64,000 nucleotides of DNA from Candidatus Poribacteria bacterium. GTDB lineage: Bacteria; Poribacteria; WGA-4E; JAJDTR01. Position 1 is the first letter of the stretch; the number at the start of each line of letters is the position of its first letter. Under the pieces are notes generated by a model. The model was not told the DNA's origin. It was given only the letters and a program-made list of their open reading frames with translations, and made no database searches. A program made the position numbers and the translations under genes. Below, in pieces: positions 26,714-34,485 of the stretch. The stretch lies in contig JAPPIK010000006.1 of the NCBI GenBank assembly GCA_028820655.1, forward strand, positions 303,154 to 367,153. The letters are read 5' to 3'.

Positions 26714-28087
26714 ATGGCAGAACGCATCTTGATTGCCGATGATCAAGAGGAAATACAAGACTTATTGAGAGAACTGCTCGCAAAACGGGGGGCAGAGGTC
26801 ACTTCTGTCGGGACCGCCCAAGAAGCGCTCGATCTCATAGTAAAGGGCAGCGACGCATTCGATCTTGCTATCCTGGACCTCGATTTTGGGGCGGGGCAGA
26901 TGAATGGTCTCGCTTGTCTGGAGGAAATTAGAAAAGCTACTACCACGCTCCCCGTAGTCATCTTGACCGGAAAGGGCACCGTATCAACTGCAGCGGAATC
27001 CATAAAGTTGGGCGCGGAAGAGTTCGTCGAGAAGGATTTTTACCTCGAAGAAAACATGGAACTTGCTCTCATGCGGCTCGACAATCTTATTCGCACGACA
27101 ATTGATAATAAACGCCTGCGCCGGGAACGCGAATTCTACCGCGAGGAGTTGAAAGGCAAATACAACATCGTCGGCGAAAGCCCCCAAATCCAGCGGTTGA
27201 TTCAGCAGATTCAGGAAGTCGCGCCCATACCGCGTCCCGTGTTAATCCGCGGTGAGCGGGGGACAGGGAAGGAATTGGTCGCAGCCGCTATCCATCGTGA
27301 TAGTCATCGAAAGAAAAACGCCTTCATTACCATCAACTGTGCCGCATTGGCGGAAGGACTCTTGGAGTGTGAACTGTTTGGACAGGAAGATAACGCTTTC
27401 ACCAACTCTTCGTTCCGTGAGGGACGCTTCGTGTTGGCGGACAAAGGGACGCTTTTTTTGGATGAGATCGGGAACATGTCTTTCGAGTTTCAACAGAAGA
27501 TCCTCCGCGTATTGGAATATCAGCAGTTCGAGCGGGTCGGCGGATCCAAGACGTTAAAAGTGGACGTCCGTGTGCTTGCCGCAACGAACAGCGATCTTGA
27601 GTTGGACATGCAGCAGGGAAAATTCCGCGAAGATCTCTATGATCGGCTCGCGTTCGAAACTATCTGGTTGCCCCCGCTGCGTGAGCGCCGCGAAGATATC
27701 GAACTCTTGTGTTATCACTTCATGGAACGCTTGGCTGCCGAAGTCGCGGGGGTTAATCCCAAAAAACTGCTGCCGGAGACACTTGACTGTTTGAACGCTT
27801 ATCGCTGGCCCGGGAATGTGCGCCAACTCAAGTATATAATAGAGCAAATCACCTACAAAGTTGAAGGTGACGCTATCGCTGTCCACCATTTGCCGGAGGA
27901 GATACTGGCGGCGCACACGGCAGAGACTGACGGGCAATCGTTAACCAACAGGTTGAGGGAGTATGAGAAGCAACTTTTGGTGGAAGCGTACGCGGAATCC
28001 CAAGGCGATTTGGAAACCGTAGCTCGACATCTCTCTATCCCGCTGGAAACCGCGAAACAGCTTGTTGAGAAACATCAGATTCTGTAA
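26714..28087 (+). CDS. NtrC-family response regulator (REC, AAA+ sigma54-interaction domain, Fis-type HTH) with atypical GAFTGA loop
   Basis: ATG at 26714 follows GGAGGAG. REC ILIADDQ...DLAILDLDF. Walker A GERGTGKELVA, Walker B TLFLDEIG, RVGG...DVRVLAATN, FREDLYDRL, PPLRERREDI. The position of GAFTGA reads NAFTNS. C-terminal ETVARHLSIPLETAKQLVEK. Confidence 0.85.
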   Translation: MAERILIADDQEEIQDLLRELLAKRGAEVTSVGTAQEALDLIVKGSDAFDLAILDLDFGAGQMNGLACLEEIRKATTTLPVVILTGKGTVSTAAESIKLGAEEFVEKDFYLEENMELALMRLDNLIRTTIDNKRLRREREFYREELKGKYNIVGESPQIQRLIQQIQEVAPIPRPVLIRGERGTGKELVAAAIHRDSHRKKNAFITINCAALAEGLLECELFGQEDNAFTNSSFREGRFVLADKGTLFLDEIGNMSFEFQQKILRVLEYQQFERVGGSKTLKVDVRVLAATNSDLELDMQQGKFREDLYDRLAFETIWLPPLRERREDIELLCYHFMERLAAEVAGVNPKKLLPETLDCLNAYRWPGNVRQLKYIIEQITYKVEGDAIAVHHLPEEILAAHTAETDGQSLTNRLREYEKQLLVEAYAESQGDLETVARHLSIPLETAKQLVEKHQIL

Positions 28088-28173
28088 CGTCCCGGCAGAT
28101 ACCAACGGCGCGCGGTATTGCGTTTCTGCAGTAGGCCATGTTTGCGGAGGCACTTGGCGTCTCAAACAGGCGT

Positions 28174-29598
28174 TCAAGGCACTCGCTGAAAATAAATGTC
28201 CGTCGACTCACCGCGGGAGTCCGTCCACACAATGACAGCGCCGCCATCGCCCTCCGCTACGACTCTCGGTGTCGTCTGGCTTCCATCGGCAGTACACACC
28301 GGGATCCCGTCCATCTTCCAGAGGGATCTGCCGCTGCCATCGATCCGTTGCGCGTAAATGGCATCGTGCGTTACATTGCCGTAGTCTTCACGGTAATCAA
28401 GCCAACATACGATGGCTCCGTGCGAACCGTCGGAAACGATAGCCGGTTTCCGCTGTTCTCCTTCCGCAGTACAGACGGGAACGCCGCGGTCTTGCCACAT
28501 GCGGTCCCCGGTCGGACTCAGCTTCTGAGCATAAATGTCCGAGAAGATATCACGATCGTCCCGCCACACGACTATAAGACCACCTCTTCCGTCAGTTATA
28601 CCGACGGGCACCTGCTGATTTGACGGCGCATCGCAGAGCGCGATGCCGTCCGTCTGCCAGTGAATTTCTCCCGTTGCGTCAATCCTCTGGACATAGATGT
28701 CGGCGCTGCTTAACAGGTTCGCATCGTTTCTGTAGTCGAGCCAGACCGAGAATACCCCGCCTATCCCATCCGGAACCACGAAGGGCGTACTTTGATGCCC
28801 GGCTGCCGTGCACACGGGAACACCGGTTTCCGTCCAGAGCGGCTTTCCGTTCTTATTCAGACGCTGCGCAAAAACATCCCAATCCACCGTGCTGATGTCC
28901 CACCATACCACGATGGCGCCGCCTTCACCATCCGCCGTCAAAAATGGATCGTACTGATCTCCTTCGCCCCGATATACCGGTACACCGTTATCATTCCACA
29001 GGGCTTGACCACGTGCGCTAATTTTCTGAGCGTAAATGTCCTGATTACCGTCTCGCCAATCCTCCCAGACGACAATTGTGTCTCCCGTTTCATCGGCGAT
29101 TGCCCGCATGTCAGTCTTTACTGCGGTGTGAACACACACAGGAATTCCATCCTGTTGCCAGAGCGGTTTGCCACTTCCATCGACGCGTTGTGCGTAGATA
29201 TCCTGGTTTCCATTCCGTCCATCTCCAAACACGATTATCGCCCCGCCATTGGCATCGGACACGACCGTGGGCCAAATCTGTTCGCTCGGAAGGCCACAGA
29301 CCTGGACGCCATCTGTCGCCCAAAGCATATCGCCGTTTGCTCCCACGCGCTGCGCAAAGACATCCCTATCTTCGTTTCGGGCGTCTTGCCATGCTATTAT
29401 AACGCCTCTCTCGCCGTCAGCCGCCAAATCGGGGAAATGCTGCTCATTCGCCGCGGTGCAAACCGGTTTACCTTGAGTCGAGTTTTCTCCCTGTTGGGCA
29501 TGAAGCGATGGCACAAAGAGCATCGACAGCAGGATGATCTTGCAAACAGCCTTGAAGGAGAATGGGTATTGTGGATAGGGACGCGAAGAAAGTGGCAT
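28174..29598 (-). CDS. secreted protein built of about nine ~48-aa repeats (propeller-like), family unknown
   Basis: Signal-like AVCKIILLSMLFVPSLHAQQ; start taken at the internal MPLSS. Repeat unit ...DIYAQR(V/I/L)...G..LW..(D/N)G(V/I)PVC.....Q..P.(V/I)..DG.GGAI(V/I)VW.D.R.... is seen about nine times. Confidence 0.7.
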   Translation of the reverse strand: MPLSSRPYPQYPFSFKAVCKIILLSMLFVPSLHAQQGENSTQGKPVCTAANEQHFPDLAADGERGVIIAWQDARNEDRDVFAQRVGANGDMLWATDGVQVCGLPSEQIWPTVVSDANGGAIIVFGDGRNGNQDIYAQRVDGSGKPLWQQDGIPVCVHTAVKTDMRAIADETGDTIVVWEDWRDGNQDIYAQKISARGQALWNDNGVPVYRGEGDQYDPFLTADGEGGAIVVWWDISTVDWDVFAQRLNKNGKPLWTETGVPVCTAAGHQSTPFVVPDGIGGVFSVWLDYRNDANLLSSADIYVQRIDATGEIHWQTDGIALCDAPSNQQVPVGITDGRGGLIVVWRDDRDIFSDIYAQKLSPTGDRMWQDRGVPVCTAEGEQRKPAIVSDGSHGAIVCWLDYREDYGNVTHDAIYAQRIDGSGRSLWKMDGIPVCTADGSQTTPRVVAEGDGGAVIVWTDSRGESTDIYFQRVP

Positions 29599-29953
29599 TG
29601 AATCTTCCAGCGATGAGAAAGAGATCATTAGGTTATCCGGCCACAATGAAGCCGAAATGAAAGAATGGCTTCGCCGTGAAAAATCAGCTCTTGCGCGGTA
29701 TGAATGTGCGTCGAGGACACATCAAGCAGAAACCGGTCAGATTGTTTTCCAAAGGAATCAAGGGAGTCGTTAAATGGCAGGCACGTGATTCGGGCGCGGG
29801 GTAGTAAATCCAAGATGGTCGTGACATCTTGGGAAGGGCACTGAAAACGAGGTGCTTGAGTAAGTTACTAGAAGCACGTAAGACTCTCGGTGCTGCAGAT
29901 GGTTGAACCTACATAGAAGATTCTAGCGTGACTACACGAAACTCGGCGGCATG

Positions 29954-30925
29954 TTACTGATTTATCCAATGACCAAAGATAGAGTCCATCGGATTGATCC
30001 AGCGTCCCTCTCCGGAGGTCGAAATCTCGGAATCCCAGACCCCATAATGCAAATGAAATCCTGTACTACGACCACTCGTGCCCACATAGCCGATGACTTC
30101 ACCCCGGGCAACTTTTTTCCCGACACTCATACCGTCGGCAAATTTACTCATATGGCCATAAACCGTTTCCATTTTCGCCGAGGGGTGCTTCACTCTAATC
30201 ATATTCCCAAAAAGTTTGTGATAATCGCAATATGAAATTGTCCCATGAGCAGCAGCTATTACGGGTGTGCCTTCTTTGGTCGCGATATCCAATCCAAAAT
30301 GAAATTCGCGCCGCCTGGTCGTTGGATGTCTGCGCGGACCGTATTTGGAACTAAACCAGTAGATTTTGTCTTCGCCGTCTTCAGGCACAATTATCGGGAG
30401 GACAGAAGGCGTTTCATTCAGTTTCTTCTCTTCCTTCACCACATAGTCATAAACGTGTTCGATAGCAGCTTTGGCCTGCGCCACTCGTGCGCTTAGTGAG
30501 TCCGGTTTATCACTATTGTAGACTTGCAAGTGTGAAGTGGAATCCGTGTCAACGATTGCTTCAAGCGAGTTAGCACTAAATCCGGAACCGCCTTGTGCGA
30601 TCCCCGCCTCTGATTCGGTGTCTATGTCTATCCCCAATCCGCTGCTCAACTTGTCAGCCATCCTCTTAATTTCGTTCATTTCTTTCTTTTCGGATGCAAG
30701 TTCGGATTTCAAGGATTCTACCTCTTTCTTAAGATTGGCATTCTTCGCTTCAACCGCTTCATGGCTGCTTCTGGAAAAAAGTCCGTAACTAATCCCTCCG
30801 AGTGCACTAACTATAACTGTAAAGAGGAAAATATATAATAACTTCAAGCACCACCTTCCGACCGAAACCTGTCGAACAGATTTGCCATCCGGGGACATAA
30901 TGGCAAGTATGTATGAATTTTTCAA
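29954..30925 (-). CDS. M23-family metallopeptidase (LytM/EnvC-like) with N-terminal TM anchor and coiled coil
   Basis: TM LLYIFLFTVIVSALGGISYGLF. Coiled coil NLKKEVESLKSELASEKKEMNEIKRM. M23 motifs HFGLDIA, PVIAAAHGTI, GYVGTSGRSTGFHLHYGVW. Confidence 0.88.
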   Translation of the reverse strand: MKNSYILAIMSPDGKSVRQVSVGRWCLKLLYIFLFTVIVSALGGISYGLFSRSSHEAVEAKNANLKKEVESLKSELASEKKEMNEIKRMADKLSSGLGIDIDTESEAGIAQGGSGFSANSLEAIVDTDSTSHLQVYNSDKPDSLSARVAQAKAAIEHVYDYVVKEEKKLNETPSVLPIIVPEDGEDKIYWFSSKYGPRRHPTTRRREFHFGLDIATKEGTPVIAAAHGTISYCDYHKLFGNMIRVKHPSAKMETVYGHMSKFADGMSVGKKVARGEVIGYVGTSGRSTGFHLHYGVWDSEISTSGEGRWINPMDSIFGHWINQ

Positions 30926-31551
30926 TGTCTATCTCCTTAATGTTGTTTTCTTAAGGATTTGTGGATCGGTAAAATCCATTCCCTACACGCGACAACACTA
31001 GTATAGCACGATTCGAAAACCGAATCAAGCGTTTTGAATAAAAATTTTTCACCTTTAAAGCGATTTATTTGGTGCAAAATTATCTAAGACATACTACATC
31101 TGGGTTGGATGTACCCAGTCGAGCCATAACGGCTGATAAATCTTCAGAAAAATACCCTCACAGCATACTGAGGACACATTTCTGGATCTTACGTAATTAT
31201 GTTAAACGACGGTCTTTTAGCTGACGTTTCACAAATTTCACAAAAATCGACGTATAACGTCACTTTTTTCATTCTGTTTGAAAACCTGTTGAGATTCGCT
31301 CGTTTGCCTCGCGCCGAGCTTATTCGTCGAACCCCCAGTTCCCCGATACGATGGTCATTTACTGTTGAATGGAACCCAATCCGCATGCTATGCTAAATTT
31401 CTGGTGTCAAGTGAACGGACGCGTCGGCAGATGAGTTAGCGGCACCCGTCATTCCGCGATCGTTTCGCACTTTTTCGGGAATGCAGCCGTCTTGCTGCTT
31501 CTCACAATTCCCAAATCCTCTTCCGTACCATCTGATACGGAAAACTCCACA

Positions 31552-32697
31552 ATGAAAATTGTTATCGCACCGGATTCATTCAAGGGAAGCCTCACCGCTT
31601 TGCAAGCAGCCGAAGCCATGGAAGAGGGAATACGGAGGGTGTTTCCCGCCGCGCAGATCATGAAAACGCCGATGGCAGACGGGGGTGAGGGTACGGTCCG
31701 GTCGCTCGTTGATGCTACCGGTGGAAAGCTTTTGGTCGAGCAGGTCGCTAATCCTCTTGGGAATCAAATCGAGGCTGAGTATGGAATCCTCGGGGATGGA
31801 ACAACGGCGGTCATTGAAATGGCGGCAGCTTCGGGGTTGACGCTTGTGCCCCGTGACCAACGTAATCCCCTTGTAACAACGACGTACGGCACCGGACAAC
31901 TCATAAAAGCGGCTCTGGATCGAGGGTGTCGGAAGCTGATTGTCGGCATAGGCGGTAGTGCGACAAACGATGGCGGCGCCGGACTGGCGGAGGCCCTCGG
32001 CGCAAAACTGCTCACAAACGACGGCAAACCAATTCCGCCAGGAGGTGGGGGTTTGCGCTCACTCGATGTGATCGATATCGACGGCTTAGATCCCCGGCTT
32101 GCCGGAACCGTCACCGTTGTCGCTTGCGATGTAGATAATCCGTTGACGGGCATGAACGGGGCAGCCCATGTTTATGGACCGCAAAAAGGCGCTACGCCTA
32201 AAGTGGTAGAAGCACTGGACGCAAATCTTGCACATTTTGCCTGGATTGTTCAGCGCGACATGGGAAAAGTTGTTGGAGAGATACCAGGCGCGGGAGCCGC
32301 CGGCGGGTTAGGTGCGGGTTTGATCGCTTTTTTGAATGCCGAATTGAAATCCGGCGTGGAAATCGTGATTGATGCCGTACAGCTCGAAGAGCAACTTGAG
32401 GACGCCAACCTCGTCGTGACCGGGGAAGGAGAAATCAACTTTCAGACCGTTTTCGGAAAAACTCCGGTCGGCGTCGCGAAGCTCGCAAAGAAGTACGACA
32501 TTCCCGTAATTGCAATAACCGGAAGCATCGCCGACGGAGCCGATGCCGTTTATGAAGCGGGAATCGATGCCGTTATAGATATCGTACCGGCGCCGATGCC
32601 GTTGGATCGTGCCATTGAAAACGCATTCGACCTTGCGGTTGACGCGGCTGCGAGCGCCGCGCGTTTCATCTCGGTTGGAATGCGTATCCCGCCGTAA
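31552..32697 (+). CDS. glxK: glycerate kinase
   Basis: MKIVIAPDSFKGSLTALQAAEAMEEGI, PMADGGEGT, IGGSATNDGGAGLAEALG, ACDVDNPL.G.NGAA.VYGPQKGA, TGEGEINFQT.FGKTP. Start taken at the ATG at 31552 rather than the listed 31492. Confidence 0.88.
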   Translation: MKIVIAPDSFKGSLTALQAAEAMEEGIRRVFPAAQIMKTPMADGGEGTVRSLVDATGGKLLVEQVANPLGNQIEAEYGILGDGTTAVIEMAAASGLTLVPRDQRNPLVTTTYGTGQLIKAALDRGCRKLIVGIGGSATNDGGAGLAEALGAKLLTNDGKPIPPGGGGLRSLDVIDIDGLDPRLAGTVTVVACDVDNPLTGMNGAAHVYGPQKGATPKVVEALDANLAHFAWIVQRDMGKVVGEIPGAGAAGGLGAGLIAFLNAELKSGVEIVIDAVQLEEQLEDANLVVTGEGEINFQTVFGKTPVGVAKLAKKYDIPVIAITGSIADGADAVYEAGIDAVIDIVPAPMPLDRAIENAFDLAVDAAASAARFISVGMRIPP

Positions 32698-32714
32698 CGA
32701 CGTACGCCCCTTTG

Positions 32715-33216
32715 CTACCTTTGTATAACCATCTTTCGCGTTTCTTGATAACCCCCGGCATCGATGGAATACCAATATACCCCGCTTCCGACCGATTCAC
32801 CGGTGTCATTCCGCCCGTCCCAGTACGCGGCTTTCGACCGACAGAGATAATCGCCTGCGCCTCTTGCGCCGATAACTAGCCGCCGCACCAGTTGCCCGGA
32901 AACATCGTGAATCCGGATGCGGACGTCCGTCGACACGCGAAGTTGGTACGGCATCCAAGTCTCCGGATTGAACGGATTAGGGTAGTTTGGCAGCCGCGTC
33001 GTTTGCGTCGGTGTCGACGCCGCGGCCAAGGGCGCAAACCCTATCTGCTCCCTCGCACGCCCTACGATTCTTATTCGTTCAATGCCTGCCCACGGTGTGG
33101 CCTATTTGAGATCCCACAAAAGCGTTGTGCCATCGTCACTTCCGCTGTCAAGCGTGACGCAGCTGCGCGCATCATACAACCATATATCTTCACCAGTCGC
33201 AGCCGTGAATTATTTC
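32715..33216 (-). pseudogene. collapsed remnant of a WD40/C-terminal-sorting-domain gene
   Basis: The ORF at 32715-33029 encodes only the CTD (RLPNYPNPFNPETWMPYQL...AAYWDGRNDTGESVGSGVYWYSI...RKMVIQR). Just upstream, on the minus strand, I read ATGEDIWLYDARSCVTLDSGSDDGTTLLWDLK followed by a stop. That is a first-blade motif fused to the last-blade motif. Confidence 0.6.
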
Positions 33217-33346
33217 GTGAGTTCAATAGTCAACCGCGGTTTGAAGATTTAGGAGGGCAGAACGTCTACGGGTAATCTAGCGGCGACTAAGTGGTTCTTA
33301 CGCTATGAAAATTTGATTGAATACTGGGTGTCGGTACGGTTAGAAA

Positions 33347-33385
33347 GGGATCTCTATCGCACTCGTTATTCACTCGCTTGATCAC
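33347..33385 (-). repeat. repeat family B copy (reverse orientation)
   Basis: GGGATCTCTATCGCACTCGTTATTCACTCGCTTGATCAC is the reverse complement of GTGATCAAGCGAGTGAATAACGAGTGCGATAGAGATCCC. Confidence 0.7.
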
Positions 33386-33403
33386 GTACCGGCGTGGAAG
33401 AAT

Positions 33404-33620
33404 GCGAGTCTTGCGCTCTCAAATAACACCTTCTCCAAAGTAAGTGATAGAGTGAAAAACGAGTTGCGAAATGAGGGAATCGTATCGTTACGCAAAACGG
33501 CGTACTCTGTACCACAATCTGTTGGATTGAAATCGCAATCTGCTGGTTTGCGGTACGAGAGTGTTACCGGTTGATAGCATTATTCCGACAGGGACAGTGG
33601 CACGCTCTCACGTATTAAAT
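33404..33620. repeat. single copy of the structured repeat found in tandem at 58.6-59.3 kb
   Basis: About 215 nt colinear with 58795-59000: ..GCGCTCTCAA(A/G)TAACAC.TTCTCCAAAGTAAGTGATA.AG.GAAAAACGAGTTGCGAAATGAGGGA.TCGTATCGTTACGCA.AA.GGCGT.CT.TGTACCACAATCTGTT.GATTG...CGCAA.CT..C.G.TTTGCGGTACGAGAG.GTTAC... Confidence 0.7.
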
Positions 33621-33686
33621 TCTTAGCGAGAGGACCAATTAGTCGGATCCTATAATATCTGAACACGGTGGGCCAGACTCTGAAAG

Positions 33687-34250
33687 CTAACGCGAAACTT
33701 CAATCCTTTCTTTGCTGAATGCTTCATCGATCCACTCTGAAATCCGCCATTCACCGTCTCTCAATTCAAAGATGAACAGATTATCCCCCTCGGCATACCA
33801 ACCCGTATATCCGCCTTCGAGAGAGACGCCGTCCGCCACGAATCCTTGAATCCTATAATGGACCCTGACTTCAGCCCTGTCGCGCGCCGCGTTCAGTTCC
33901 ACCTCGGGCGGCTCTTCCAACTCGATCTCGATATCTTGGTACAGTGCAAAAACGCGAACTGCCGATTCTCGCTCTTCGCGGACATCATCAAACCGCACGT
34001 CATCTGTCGTGTCGTCAGGTGTTCCCATATCCGAGACATAACGGAAACCGTCCGCCCAGAAGACACTCATGTATGCATCGATGTCTTCAGTTTCATAAGC
34101 GGTACGCCACGCTCTCAACGCGTCCTCTATCGCATCGATTTCTTGAGATTCGGGCGTGCCGACCGGACCAACGTCCCCGCAACTCAAAATGCATATAGCC
34201 ATGAGAACCGTGAGTAGTGGAATGCCTGTTCTGGCGAATGCGCTAAACAT
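33687..34250 (-). CDS. SnoaL-like / DUF4440-like (NTF2 fold) lipoprotein
   Basis: Lipobox MAICILSCGD. ALRAWRTAYETEDIDAYMSVFWADGFRY and the C-terminal DGEWRISEW are typical of NTF2-like SnoaL/DUF4440 proteins. Judged from motif memory only. Confidence 0.55.
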   Translation of the reverse strand: MFSAFARTGIPLLTVLMAICILSCGDVGPVGTPESQEIDAIEDALRAWRTAYETEDIDAYMSVFWADGFRYVSDMGTPDDTTDDVRFDDVREERESAVRVFALYQDIEIELEEPPEVELNAARDRAEVRVHYRIQGFVADGVSLEGGYTGWYAEGDNLFIFELRDGEWRISEWIDEAFSKERIEVSR

Positions 34251-34485
34251 GATTGAATACCTCCTTAAACGTGAAAACCAAAAAACTCTTCAAAAGGGCC
34301 ACAGCCCTAGAGGATCGTTCTATCACTGAAGAATCAAACACTTGCACAATGATAGAGATAAACATGAACCGTAAGATTTTTCCCAACTTCTTTGTGGATT
34401 TACGGCGAGCACCGGTAATCTTATTATTCCGTTCCCAATAGCATTGTTACTCTTCAGTTTTTTTGCGCGAAGAGGAATATTAACC

